From Mobula hypostoma (taxonomy: Eukaryota): 64,000 nt of DNA. Position numbers and translations under genes: made by a program. The DNA lies in contig NC_086109.1 of the NCBI RefSeq assembly GCF_963921235.1, positions 30,444,001 through 30,508,000 of the forward strand, given 5' to 3'. This document shows, one piece after another, positions 11,750-25,000 of the stretch. The notes below the pieces were generated by a model. It was not told the DNA's origin and did not search any database. It saw nothing but the letters and a program-made list of their open reading frames with translations. Every line of letters starts with the position of its first letter. Within the stretch, counting starts at the first letter, position 1.

Positions 11750-12413
11750 TGAGTTAATAACTGATGCATTCTAGCTCCCATTTTGCATTGTCACCCAGGG
11801 CAAACTTGATTTTCCCTCCTCATTTAATGTGCAGTAGAAACAACATTAGTCCTCTGTTGATCAGTAGGAAGAAACAAAAGGATTTCAGAGGGTTATATTT
11901 GCAGCAGTAAAGGCATGCCTGGTATTATTGAGGATATGGAAATAAGGAAGATGAAGGCTGAATTAGAATAATAATGCAGAAGAAGCCTGGAATTTATCTT
12001 TAGCTTTGGAAACATCTTAATAATGTTAACTGTGGCTATAGGTATTGCTTGAGAGTGATTCATGCTACTTGCTGCGATACTTGCAGACACATAAAGGAGA
12101 TAACAGTGGCAACAATTAAGGCACAATAACATTTGTTCGTGCTCAGAAGGTGACAGCTGCTCTGTTCTGGCTGGTGCATTTGTTCATTATTTAGCAGGTA
12201 CAGAGAAACAGTTGAGCACTGCAAAAAATATAATAACATTTGAGTTCTTCCAGTCTGACAGTATTCCGGACTGTCAATGGAGTAAAGTATCACCAGGCAT
12301 TCAAATTATGTTGTTTGATATTTTTATTCAGTTATCGCATTATACTAGGTACATTAATTGCTCTGCTGAGGTATTTATGAGTGAACAAGCCAAAGTTTTT
12401 AATTTATTTACAG

Positions 12414-12521
12414 CAAACTACATAGTGTACATCTTGGCCGTTCAAAGGCTTATGCACAGCAACATTTGATTCATATGGCATTGACTCAGGAGAACCTTCA
12501 GCTGTGTAACGTATTGAAATG
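12414..12521 (+). other. Candidate internal exon (108 bp) of an unidentified transcript
   Basis: Acceptor tttttaatttatttacag, donor ATG|gtaagc, one open frame (KLHSVHLGRSKAYAQQHLIHMALTQENLQLCNVLK); no recognisable homology. Confidence 0.3.
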
Positions 12522-12959
12522 GTAAGCAGTTTATAATTAACTTGTATTTAAAGATTTATCTGTTAGGCTGTATAGGTACTTGCCCATTCTAATCAATTGT
12601 GTTGTGCATACATATTGAAGCAGTTTGTGTGACTAGCATTTCATGAGCGAAAGTGAATGTAAAATTTACCTGATGTTGGGTCACAGCGTCAAGATTTTGC
12701 TATTTCATCCTCTGAATGTATTCCACTAAATAGGAGCATCAACCCAGATTTTCACCAAATTGGCAAGCTATTGAAGCTCACTAGTTATGTGTCCTCAACG
12801 CCCACGAGGTAAACTTGAGTCAGAGTGCTTCATTTGGAAGCTAGCAACCATATATTCAGCAAGGCCCAGCACTGACCAACTGCTAGGGGCTGAACTTTCT
12901 GTTGCCCTGAGGAGAATGATAGCAGACAAAAGCAAGTTCACACAATAGTTGTTGTAAAT

Positions 12960-13092
12960 AGTCCACCAAAGGTTTTTGGCCCGATACATTGACTGTACTT
13001 TTTTCCATAGATGCTGCCTGGCCTGCTGAGTTCCTCCAGCATTTTGTGTGTATCACTCGGATTTCCAGCATCTGCAGGTTTTCTCTTGTTTG
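12960..13092 (+). mobile_element. Penelope-like terminal fragment
   Basis: gatgctgcctggcctgctgagttcctccagcattttgtgtg motif with a degenerate hammerhead upstream. Confidence 0.7.
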
Positions 13093-14765
13093 TTGTAAAT
13101 TTGTTTTATAATTTTCTGGGGAGCTGATGGGACTATTGAGACATTGAACTGGGTTTTGGTGAGGAGATTAACATAAAAATGTGTTATTGAGGTTGCCAGT
13201 TCTGTCTTAAGATGGTGCTGGTGAACCTCAGTGATTTCTGGGTGATGGCTGACAAAACAAGGACATACTTTGTTAATCACTGTTTTTCTGGCAAATGATC
13301 ATCACAAATAATAGTCTGTAACTTCTGTTTGGACGTGAAATCATTTCGATGTGGCAGAACCAAGGCGAGGTGACGCTTATAGTGAGGGAGACCTGAGGTT
13401 CGATTATTTTAAATGCCATGCCAAATCGGAAAGGTCTGAACTCAATGTTTGGATGGAGAATTAAGCGCCAAGCCAGATTTGAAGGGTCTGGTATATGTTG
13501 AATCGAGGCTGTGGGGATCAGGCCTCAAAGCGTATCGAGGTGATTGAACCTGATGTTTAGACGTTGATTTAGGTGTGGGGCCAAATTGAAAAAGTCAGGG
13601 TGTCTGCGCCTGAGATAAAGGATGTGCTGTTCCAGGTCACTGCTCTATGGCATTGACTCTGCGCTGATCTACGCTGACCTACGGGACTTTCTCTGTGGAC
13701 TTCAGTTCAGAACACTATTTGCTTGCGGTTATTGGCTTGCATGATTTGTTTTATTCTCTCTCTGTGCATTGGGTGCTCAATGGTCTTCTTATTTTTATGG
13801 GTTCTTTTTCATTTCTTTGATTTGTGGCTGCCTGTTAGGAGAAGTATCTCAAGTATGAAATGTATCCATACTTTAATAATAAATATACTTTGAACTTTGA
13901 ACTTAATGGGCCGAAGGACCTGTTTCTGGGCTATGTTATTCAAAATCTGTTCAATTTTGGGAAGTAGATTCTTGCAATGGCTTGTGACCATTCTTGTTCT
14001 TCCCTTCAGAGCAGGATTTTACTACTTCACCGTGCAACTAACTGAAAGCATCAAGTAGCAGGAAAATAAATCCCCTTTAAAAGAGGTAAAGCTGGGAGTG
14101 ATCAGCTTACCAATTGATGAGAACTGCCTCTGAGTCAGAAAGCCATGAGTTCAAATCCTGCCTGAGAGAATTTGGTACAATATAAAATTCTTGGCTGACA
14201 CTTCAGTTTGGCACCTGACTTTTTGCTGTTTTTTGGGATTTAAAAAAAAATCCCATGGTATTATTTTCCGGTTTACTAGTGTCAATATTGCTTAAAGTTA
14301 ACCTTACATGCCCACTCGTGTATTCTTTGCAGGTCTTGCTGCATGCTAAGCCATTGCTATTTTTCCTACATTATGATGGTGGTACTTCCAAAGTATACTG
14401 TGATTTCCGAAAAGCTGTAAAACATTTGTTGTACATACGGCTTTTTCTTACTATAAACATCTACTCGTCAAGTCAATTGATTATCTAGAACTGAAAGTAA
14501 TACACAATTTTCTATCTCCTGATCTTACAGAATTGTAGAATCATTGTACATTTGAGGTTCACAAATCTCTATAAAAACATAGATAAATACCTGAGGTCCC
14601 ACTTCAGTGTGTAGCACCCTTACATGTGACAGGGAAGGACATGTGCTCAGGGAAGAAAGTTTCTGAATAGTTGGACCATGAATCCTAATTCTTAACTCAG
14701 TGTTAATGTTCATTTCTCAAGAGAAATAGTTACTTTGGAAGCCACAGAATCTCCTAACGGTTCTT

Positions 14766-15367
14766 AGATTAGATTATGAGGACATGCAGTCCTCTTTTAT
14801 TGTCATTTAATAATGCATGCTTTAAGAAATGATGTGATATCACAAAAACACAGGACAGACCAAGACTGAAAAACTAACAAAACCACATAACTATAACATA
14901 TAGTTACAACAGTGTAACAATACCATAACTTGATGAAGAACAGTCCATGGCACAGTAAAAAAAAAAGTTCAAAGTTTCTTGAAAGTCCCACATCTCACGC
15001 AGATGGGAGAAGGAAGAAAACTCTCCCTGCCATGCCCGACCACAGTCTGTCTCTGAGTCGTCCGAAAACTTGGAGCTCTGATCAGCCCTCCAACTCCAAG
15101 TACCGAGCGCCATCTCTATCCAAACATTTTGTCCTCAGCCTCGGTTGCCAGCAGCAGGCAAAGCCGGGGATTTTGGGGCCTATCCTCCGGAGATTCTCGA
15201 TCGCACAGTAACAACAGCGGCGAACCAGGCATTTCAGAAATTTCTCCAGATGTTCCTCTGCTTCTCATGTCTGTCTTCATCAAATCAGAATTGTCCACGG
15301 CCCTTATTTAACAGAAACACTATCATTTCACCGGAGAGCTGCACGCGCTGCGTCGAGCTGCCATCTT
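14766..15367 (-). mobile_element. Non-autonomous LINE-derived (Rex1/Babar-like) element with (TCTAA)n tail
   Basis: Homologous in inverse orientation to ~49810-50278; sense 5' end AAGATGGC; tandem tail. Confidence 0.6.
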
Positions 15368-15419
15368 TTCCTCCTGCCTATAAGTCATTTAAAATAGGAT
15401 GTTTAAAGAAGGTGGAAGG

Positions 15420-15745
15420 AGAGAAGATGACTGATGTGTTGCAGCTAGCATAGTACTTTATTGTGCCAGTGATTGGGGTACATTTCCCACTACTGTCTGT
15501 AGGGAGTTTGTATGCTCCCCCCATGACGGTGTAGATTTCATTCAGGTGCTCCAGTTTCCTCTCATATTCCAAACACATGCAGGTTAATTATTTGTGGGCA
15601 TGCAATGTTGGCACCAGAAGCAAGGCAACACTTGTGGGCTACCCTGGTACATTCCTGGATGGTATTGGTCGTTGCAGCAAAGGATGCATTTCACTGTGTG
15701 TTTCAACGACCTGATCTGCATCTGACAAATAAAACTGATCTTTAA
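15420..15745 (+). mobile_element. HE1/V-SINE-like element
   Basis: ctgtctgtagggagtttgtatgctccccc...gtgctccagtttcctctcatattccaaac V-domain; aataaa-type tail. Confidence 0.55.
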
Positions 15746-16874
15746 TGTAATATACAATAAACATGAAAATAAAAAAACCTCAGAAATTGGAATAGTCCTG
15801 AATCTACCAATAACCATGGTGACCTGCTGAATTCGTTTGCAATTCAAGAATCAAATTATTCATTAATTTTTTTTGGTGTTCAATACCATCATATATTCTG
15901 ATTAGTCCATCAGCTGATTGTCAATGACCTTGCATTATAAACATCAGTCAGATCTTTTGTAAATAATTCTACAATCACAGCCTACATGCCTGAGCATATA
16001 GTCTATAATTGCACCTTGCAAAGGTTTTGTGGTAGGAGGATAGATGAAATTTGCTTTATTCAGTAGGCTCTGGATTTGTCTTCTGAACAAAGAGAGTTAT
16101 TTTCTCTTATTGCATTGAGTTAAAGTATTGTCTTCAAGCAAAAACATTTTATTCATGATGAAATCATTAAAAAAAAACATTTGATTTAAGACTTTTTATC
16201 CTAAATCCTGTAGTTTAACATGAAATGTCACTAATTTGCACTTAGCATACAATGTAGTTTTATTTATCTATATTCAGAATACAAGAGAATCTACAAGAGG
16301 CAAAATTAGCCAGCGTGGTCTCGGTTGAATTTTAATCTTTTACAATCAAATTAGTATTTTTCATAGTCATCGAAATTTCAGCATAAGTGAAGGTTATGCA
16401 TCCCATAATACCATGCTGTTTGTAGTTATATGAGAATAGTTCTATTCCAGGGGTCCCCAACCTTTTTTGCACTGCGGATCGGTTTATTATTGAGAATATT
16501 CTTGCGGACCAGCCGACTTGGGGGGGGGGGGCGGGGTTGGGTAGGGTTGCCAACGGACAAGAGTAGCAGGCAAATACGTTGTGTTTACCCTGAGAAAGAC
16601 TACAATGACCATGAAGCCTTGCATGGGCACTAGTGCGCATGCTTGACTTGTGCATGCGTGTACGTGATGATTTTTTTCTACAAATCGTATTTTGGCGATT
16701 CTGTTCGGGGTGGGGGGTGTTAATCACGACCGGAATATAGGTGATAAGTGGCTAATACACTCAATTTCATTTCTAAAAGGGTTTATCTAACGAATTTAAT
16801 ATTAAACACACAGCGCATATTTTCCTCTCATGAATATAGTGATAGTCAATTATCAGGGGAGGACAGGGGAGCTT

Positions 16875-18527
16875 CCTTCCAGAGGATAGGTTGTTCTCTG
16901 GCAAAGATGTGATTGGTAGGTGGGAAGCCTTCAAAGGGAAATTTTGAGAGTGCAGAGTTTGTATATTCCTGTCAGGATTAAAGGCAAATTGAATAGGAAT
17001 AAGGAACCTTGGTTCTCAAAGGATATTGCAACTCTGATAAAGAAGAAGAGGTAGTTGTATGAAATGTGTAGGAAACAGGGGGTAAATCAGGAGCTTGAGG
17101 AGTATAAGAAGTGCAAGAAAATACTTAAGAAAGAAATCAGGAGGGCAAAAAGAAGATATGAGGTTGCCTTGGCAGTCAAAGTGAAGGATAATCCAGAGCT
17201 TTTACAAGTATATTAAGAGCTAAAGGATTGTAAGGGATAAAATTGGTCCTCTTGAAGATCAGAGTGGTCGGCTTTGTGCGGAACCAAAGGAAATGGGGGA
17301 GATCTTAAATAGGTTTTTTGTATCTGTATTTACTAAGGAAGCTGGCATGAAATCTATGGAACTGAGGGAATCAAGTAGTGAGACCATGGAAACTGTACAG
17401 ATTGAAAAGGAGGAGGTGCTTGCTGTCTTGAGGAAAATTAAAGTGGATAAATCCCCGGGACCTGACAGAGTGTTCCCTCGGACCTTGAAGGAGACTAGTG
17501 TTGAAATTGCGGGGGCCCTGACAGAAATATTTAAAATGTCGCTGTCTACGGGTGAAGTGCCGGAGGATTGGAGAGTGGCTCATGTTGTTCTGTTGTTTAA
17601 AAAAGGATCAAAAAGTAATCTGGGAAATTATAGGCCGGTGAGTTTAACGTCAGTAGTAGGTAAGTTATTGGAGGGAGTACTAAGAGACAGAATCTACAAG
17701 CATTTGGATAGACAGGGACTTATTAGGGAGAGTCAACATGGCTTTGTGCTTGGTAGGTCATGTTTGACCAATCTGTTGGAGTTTTTCGAGGAGGTTACCA
17801 GGAACAGTGCAATGGAACAGAGGGATCTGGGAATACAGATACAAAATTCCCTAAAAGTGTCGTCACAGGTAGATAGGGTCGCAAAGAGAGCTTTTGGTAC
17901 ATTGGCCTTTATTAATCGAAGTATTGAGTATAAGAGCTGGAATGTTATGATGAGGTTGTATAAGGCATTGGTGAGGCCAAATCTGGAGTATTGTGTTCAG
18001 TTTTGGTCACCAAATTACAGGAAGGATATAAATAAGGTTGAAAGAGTGCAGAGAAGGTTTACAAGGATGTTGCCGGGACTTGAGAAACTCAGTTACAGAG
18101 AAAGGTTGAATAGGTTAGGACTTTATTCCCTGGAGTGTAGAAGAATGAGGGGAGATTTGATAGAGATATATAAAATTATGATGGGTATAGATAGAGTGAA
18201 TGCAAGCAGGCTTTTTCCACTGAGGCAAGGGGAGAAAAAAACCAGAGGACATGGGTTAAGGGTGAGGGGGGAAAAGTTTAAAGGGAACATTAGGGGAGGC
18301 TTCTTCACACAGAGAGTGGTGGGAGTATGGAATGAGCTGCCAGACGAGGTGGTAAATGCGGGTTCTTTTTTAACATTTAAGAATAAATTGGACAGATACA
18401 TGGATGGGAGGTGCATGGAGGGATATGGTCCACGTGCAGGTCAGTGGGAATAGGCAGAAAATGGTTCGGCACAGCCAAGAAGGGCCAAAGGGCCTGTTTC
18501 TGTGCTGTAGTTTCTATGGTTTCTATG
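16875..18527 (+). mobile_element. 5'-truncated CR1 LINE with an internal in-frame deletion of the RT core
   Basis: ORF 17293-18453 has KSPGPD, NYRPVSLTS and LEYCVQFWSP but no YADD/FADD; (TTTCTATGG) tail; GCTT on both flanks. Confidence 0.88.
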
Positions 18528-18855
18528 GCTTGAAGTAAGTGTTGAACGAACTTCCAGGAGAAGTGGCAGAAGCAGGTTCGATATCATCATTTAAAGAAAA
18601 ATTGAATATGTATATGGACAGGAAAGGAATGGAGGGTTGTGGGCTGAGTGCAGCTCAGTGGGACTAGGTGAGAGTAGTGTTCGGCACAGACTAGAAGGGC
18701 CGAGATGGCCTGTTTCTGTGCTGTAATTGTTATATGGTTATATAATTCACTTATAAGTCAATAGCATCATAACATTTTAAGTAACGTTTGGATATTAAAC
18801 ACACAGCACATATTTTCGCCGTATGAACATATAAAATCATTGCAACACACCAATA

Positions 18856-20405
18856 CAGGTTTCCCCCGCCATCCAAAGGTAGAGTGTTCCTATGAAACGG
18901 TTCGTAAGCTGAAATGTCATAAAGTGAAGAAGCAATTACCATTTATTTATATGGGAATATTTTGTGAGCGTTCGCAGACCCAAAAATAACCTACCAAATC
19001 ATGCCAAAAAACACACAAAACCTAAAATAACAGTAACATATAGTAAAAGCAGGAATGATATGATAAATACACAGCCTACATAAAGTAGAAATGCTTTTCT
19101 ACAATGATTGCCTGCACAGATCTCCGTAGCGAACATCTCACGCAAGCGCTCTCGGCATAAACGTGCTCTCCAGTAACCTTTAAACTATGAAGCTGCCAAA
19201 TCTACCAAATAACACGTAAAAATACACAGCCTATATAAAGTAGAAATAACGTATGTACAGTGTAGTATCACTTACCGGAATTGGGAAAACAGCGCCGAGC
19301 ACACTGATGATGGTGTGTTAGACTGAGTTGTCGCAGGCTGGGTAGTGCAGTGGCCCCCACCCTCCGGGCCGCCGACCCAATACATTACTGCGAAGAACGC
19401 AGTAGTAGCCGGGAGGCACACAGCACATCGTTAAGAAAAAAGCTGAAATAAACATGCTAATTAATTAGGTGCCGCTGACATGTAATTGTCGACTCAGATC
19501 AGAGGCGATGCAATCGGAAATCGGCACTGATCTGGGCCGACAATTAAGTGTCGGTGGCACCTAATTAATTAGCATGTTTACTTCAGCTTTTTTCTTAAAG
19601 ATGTGCTGTGTGCCTCTCGGCTACTGCTGCGTTCTTCGCGAATCGGTGCAGTATCTGTCCAGGGCCCAGGTGTTGGGGTGGTGGGACATGGGGGTGTCAT
19701 CTCATCGTCGATCAGGGCAGGCAGCTCATCTTCTCCTATGACTGCCCGCCTCGATGTCGAAGGTCGAGGTTCGTCGTCTGCTGTGGCTGATGTGAAAGGC
19801 TTGCTTGACTGCTGAGCCTCGCGCATTTTTCTATCATACAGTTGTTTGTAAGCAGTCAAACCATCCTGCAAATATTCCCTAAACCTACGTACCCTTTCAA
19901 GATTAAAGTTGTACTTTATCATATTTGCGAAAGTCTCACATAGTTGCTTCACTTTCTGCATTCGGTTTCGATTGTTATCCTTTCCCCTTCCAATTGCATC
20001 AGCTCTTCATCTATCAGTTCTTGGTCATGGGATGCCAAAACCTCTTCAGCATCATCTTTGTCAACTTCCACAAGCCAAACTCACTTTGTCCTTGCTTTGT
20101 TCACCATGATCGAAATGCTTAATTATGTCTAGTTTTACACTAAGTGTAACACCCTTACTCTTTCAGGCTTTTCCATCACCTTAGAACTCATCTTGCTAAC
20201 GGCTGCTCAATGCAACGTGTTTCAGCAATGCCATTTCGAATCCGGGGCAGAGCGGCTGCTCGGGGCGCGCGCTCCCTTTTATCACGCGCTGCCTTTCTTC
20301 GTAACAGTGAAAACACCTTCTGAAAGCGAAAACAGGGTACTAATGTAGGTCTCTCATAACAGTGAGTTTTCGTAAAGCGAATGTTTGAAAAGTGGGGGAC
20401 ACCTG
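18856..20405 (-). mobile_element. Non-autonomous Tigger/pogo transposon
   Basis: TA TSDs; TIRs CAGGTTTCCCCCGCC / GTGGGGGACACCTG; HTH N-terminal remnant (LSVKLDIIKHFDHGE) near 20100-20150 and C-terminal remnant in ORF 19578-19961. Confidence 0.85.
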
Positions 20406-20415
20406 TATCACTGAA

Positions 20416-20715
20416 TCAGTGGGAGCCCTGGGCTTGTTTTCCTGCAACAAGGCGGTCCCATCGAGGGGTGTTGGGAGACAGCGATACTCGAAGGGGGTTT
20501 CTAATGTCCAGTCTGTTCCTCAATTTAGTTTTTATTGCATTCATTGCAGAAAAATCCGCTTCGCAGAAAAATGTTGGAAATGGAAGCAACGTTTTCAGTG
20601 CTTTCGTGGTTATCTCAGGATATTCAGCCTTGACTTTGATCCAGAATGCCGGCAGAGATGTTATGTCAAACATACTTTTCAGCCTGCTGTCATTTGCAAG
20701 CTCGAGGAGTTGATC
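20416..20715 (-). pseudogene. hAT transposase C-terminal dimerisation domain remnant
   Basis: FWIKVKAEYPEI...LLPFPT..CEADFS...KTKLRNRL...KQAQGSH, typical Charlie/Buster C-terminus. Confidence 0.88.
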
Positions 20716-21129
20716 ACCTTCCTGCGCTGACATGGATGACGCGCAGGTAATGACCTCGCGTGCGTTCAAGCTCAACAATGGGCATGACAGGGAATGAGGA
20801 AAGGTGCGGCTGACTCATGTCGCCAAAACATATCGTTTCCTCGTGGCTCGGTAGCACATGCTTTGCGGCCCAGTACCGGTCCGCGGCCCAGTGGTTGGGG
20901 ACCGCTGTTCTATTCAATAACTCATTCTTTCTTCTTTATGCAGTCCCTTTAATGTTTACCTTTGACACATTTAATTCTCTTTTTACACACCATGACCCAG
21001 CTTTTAAAGTTACTTTCTGTTACACATCTCGTGTTTTAATACCCGATTGTTTGGAGGGAAAAGACTACTGATCTACTTCCAAAACTATTTTCTTAAAACA
21101 GCTTGTTGCAAATTGGTGGTGTTGTGAAC

Positions 21130-22918
21130 AGTATAGACTACTGCCAAAGGATTCAAAGGTACTGTATGTAGATCTGTTGCAAATACAGGCGGGGAAATGG
21201 AAAATGGAGTTTAACCAGGCCAAATGTGAAGTACTGCACTTTGGGAGATCAAATGCGAAAGGAGAGTATACTGTTAATGGAAAGATTCTTAACAGATTTG
21301 ATGTGCAGAGGAATATTGGGGTCAAAGTCCAAAGTCTTTGAAAGTGGTTCGACAGTTGATAGGGTGGAACTGAAGGATTATGGCACGCTTGCCTTGATTA
21401 GTGAAGGAAGTAAGTTCAAGAATTGGCAAGTTAGGTTACAGCTGTATCTATCTCTAGTTAGGCAACATCTTGATTATTGTATTCATTTCCAGTTGCTCCA
21501 TTATAAGAAGGATTAATGGCCGTGTGCTATAAGAAAAGGTTAGACAAACCTGGATTGTTTTCTCTGCAGGGAAGATATGATGGAGGTTTATAAGATTATG
21601 AGAGGCATTGATAGAGTTGACAGCCAATATCTTTGCTGCATTGTTACAATGTCTAATACCAGAGGTCATGCAGTTACGGAGAGAGAGGTTAGTTCATACG
21701 AGATGTGTGAGGCAATTTCTTTTTTACACAGAAAGACATGGCTGCCTGGGGTGGTGGTGGAGGCAAATGCAATTGAGGCATTGAAGGAGCCCTTGGATAT
21801 GCACACGAATGTGCAGAAAATAGGAGGACATGGACATTGTGTAGGCAGAAGGGAATAGTTTAGCTGGGCAATTGATTAAAGGAGTGGGAAGAGCTAAAGC
21901 TGGCAGCAGACATTTTTGCGGACCTGGGCGATTACTTCAAGTTCATCCACGAAGCAGTTTAACTCTTCTGTCCTCATGTCCTTTCTTTTCTGTTCAAGGT
22001 TGCCGGGGTGCTGTTGGAGTCCATGATCTACAACTGGGTTCAAACTACACTCTTCACGAATGGTGAGATCTCGCTCTTTGGAACTCACCGTGTGGCCTGC
22101 TTTACTGCATCTCCAGGAGTGGCTTGGAAGATTTGTGCCTTTGGGGCATGGACATGTGGACCAACAGATTCCTCGCCGATGTTGCCAACTGAAGCACCGT
22201 GGGAGATCGAAACACTGAGACAGCAGGCGCAGCTGTCAGAGGCCTCTGATTGCGGAAGATCAGCCATGATCACAGTGAATGGTGGTGCTGGCTCAAAGGG
22301 CCGAATAGCCTACTCCTGCACTTATTGTCTCTTGTCTATTGCCTCTGCACTCAAGCGACCTCTCTCTCTCTCTCTCTCTCTTCCCCCACCAATGGTGGGA
22401 CAGAGTTTGCTGATTCTCAAATTGGAGGAACCCAAAATAAGCGACGCTCTAGGCTGTAACACTGAAACAGCGAGCTATTGGCCTCTCCCCTCGCTGTGAC
22501 AGGAGCAATATCTCTTTCCCTCATCTGTGAGAGAGAAAGTCTGTTGAGATGTTGGTGTCAGGATGGACAATAGTTCTCGATGATCCATAAATCATGGTCA
22601 CTGGGGGTCTTGCTATTGCTTGATGGTTGGGGTGGTGGGCTGATGCCTTTTGCTGGAACAAGTATGGACAGGGTTGATGCTTTGCTGCTGCTTGTATGTG
22701 GGAGGGGAAAGGGGTTCGGGGATTCTAACACTTTTCTGTCACTCATTCTTTGGGTTTTATTTCTCTCTGTTTCATAGATGTCTGTGAAAAGTAAGAATTT
22801 CGGGTTGTATGCTCTGTACATTCCCTGATATTAAACTGAACCAAATGAAAATGTAGTTTGTTTGGCACAACATTATGGGCTGAAGGGCCTGTTCCTGTGC
22901 TATACTCTTCTATATTCT
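21130..22918 (+). mobile_element. Old CR1 3' region interrupted by a LINE-derived insertion (~21880-22850)
   Basis: Frameshifted ORF2 pieces (LYLSLVRQHLDYCIHF, EVYKIMRGIDRVD); CR1 tail resumes at ~22853. Confidence 0.65.
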
Positions 22919-23017
22919 GGGTTTGCTCTCCACAAATATTCTTGAAATGTTTATCTGTGGTTTCATGAGATATCTAAGAAAATATTCTTTTGAGTATTGG
23001 ACCAATGAATTTCTTAT

Positions 23018-23812
23018 AAAGTTTCAAAGGTTTCAAAGGTACATTTAATGTCAGAGAAATGTATACAATATACATCCTGAAATTCTTTTTCTTCGCAACC
23101 ATCCACAAAAACAGAGGAGTGCCCCAAAGAATGAATGACAGTTAAATGGTAGAACCCCAAAGTACCCCCTCCCACACATAAACAGCAGCAAAGCAATGAT
23201 CCCCTCTCCCCCACCAACAAAGGGCGCCTTGGCACCCCAACCAAGCACTCAAGCATGCAGCAAAGCAAAAATAAAGACATAAACTTGCAGTACCCCAAAG
23301 ACTACTCGTTCACCTAGTAATTTGATATACCACAGGCCCTCTCACTCCCTAATAACGGAAAAAGAGGTGCCTCCATTTCACAGTAAGAGGGGAGAAATAA
23401 CAAACAACTTGCTGATTTACGATGTTAAAAGCCAATTGTGTCGCTTTTTCTGAGCTCTGTGCCCAATGAACTCAGGTCTCTGGGCACACAGCCAGCTTGT
23501 TGCTTTCTATCTTCCTTCTCCCACGATGCACCGATTTCCTGTGGAGGCACCGACCTTGAGTCCACCTGCCTCCAGAGCCATGAAACTCCGTAAGCACACT
23601 AATCTTCTAGGCTGCATCCTTGGTATATTGAATAATGGCCAGTCGTGAGACCCCGAGAGCGGGTCCTATTCCCACAAAAAACCAAAGTCAGCATGTAACT
23701 ACAGCTCAGGGTCTTCAAAAGAACCCTGAAAGGGAAAAATAGAGATATTAAAGATCAAAATAGAGCTGTTTTCGAAGATGCAAGCAAAGGAGTGCCGTAA
23801 GGTGCCATTTGT
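23018..23812 (-). mobile_element. Non-autonomous LINE-derived (Rex1/Babar-like) element
   Basis: (TTTGAAAC)-type tandem tail at 23018-23040 and 3' region resembling 59295-59850. Confidence 0.5.
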
Positions 23813-24364
23813 CTCCTAAGCTCCATAATAATTTTAATATAGTAAAGTGGTCATAATAATTTTAATATAATAAATGCAAGTTTTATGAATATAATTATCC
23901 AAAAATACTGGCAAATACTTTAACTGTTGTTCAAAAAAATAGAAAATTATTATGCTAAAATGCTTATTGCTTTTTGTATATTCAACTCTACCTTTCCAGT
24001 AATTTCCTAGCTAGGCTGCCATTGGTCCTTACTCTGAAGTAGTGCAAAACTGAGTGCTACAGTAGGAAGAGGAAGAGATTTTAAACTGAAGCAACTGCTT
24101 CCAGCATCGCTTGAGAACAGTATGCACAGAAGAGCCATGATTAGTAACGTTTTATGTGGTTACTTCTATTATCAATGCAATTTCATGAGCTGCACATAAA
24201 CCTCAGGTAGCTATCCAACAGGAAATGGTATCTCATTAATGAGGGAGCTCTTAACGTGGTGGTTCTCAAGAGATGCTGCTTGAAGCAAAGTGAATGGCTT
24301 AGAGTAAAAGTGCTGTGATGTGTTTTGATCTGGAATAGTCATCCTATTTTCCAGCTGACTGGAG

Positions 24365-25000
24365 ACTGGGCAGCACAGTGGCATAGTTAGTAAGCTGCCA
24401 TCTTACGGCTCCAGCGACCTAAGTTCAAAGCTAATCTTTGATGTCTTTGTGAAGTTTGCACGTTCTCATTTGGACCATGTTGTCTTCCTTCTCTTGCTCC
24501 CGTTGCTTCCCACATTCAAAAGATTTGTTTCCCTTAGGAAGGATATGGCAGCATTGGATACAGTCTAAAAGTGATTTACCAGGCTAAATCCTGGGGTTGC
24601 CCTATCAAAGGAGGTCAAACAAGTTGGGCCTGTGTACTGTGAGGTTTAGACAAATGAACGCTGATCTTACTAAAATGCATAAGTTCCTAAGGAAACATAT
24701 TAGGGTAGGGAATGACATGTTTTTAATTATGGCAGAAGCTTGAGTGATGGGACATAAAGGGCCATTCAGTTAAAACTGAGGCACGTAGTAAATTCTCTTA
24801 GAGAGTGTGTATCTTTGACATTTCCTGCCTCACAGAATTATGGAAGATGTCTCATTAGAAATATCTACAGTGCAAATAGATGTATAGTTGAAAATTTGGG
24901 GCACTTTTGGGGTATGGTAGAGAGTTAGAGTTGAGGCCTAGGACAGATAATTCATGATAACATTGTTTGACAGCTAGACCTAATACCACTCTTGTACTAA
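24365..25000 (+). mobile_element. HE1-like SINE fragment followed by decayed CR1 3' end
   Basis: tRNA-like head and V-domain at 24365-24525, then a CR1 ORF2 C-terminal remnant. Confidence 0.5.

Larger units (their letters stand above)
16448..20907 (-). mobile_element. hAT (Charlie/Buster-type) DNA transposon derivative with nested insertions
   Basis: TIRs CAGGGGTCCCCAACC / GGTTGGGGACCGCTG; perfect 8-bp TSD TTCTATTC (16440-16447, 20908-20915); transposase C-terminal remnant. Confidence 0.93.

Noticed and set aside
24365..24430. tRNA gene
   Set aside because: Degenerate SINE head; no cloverleaf can be drawn.
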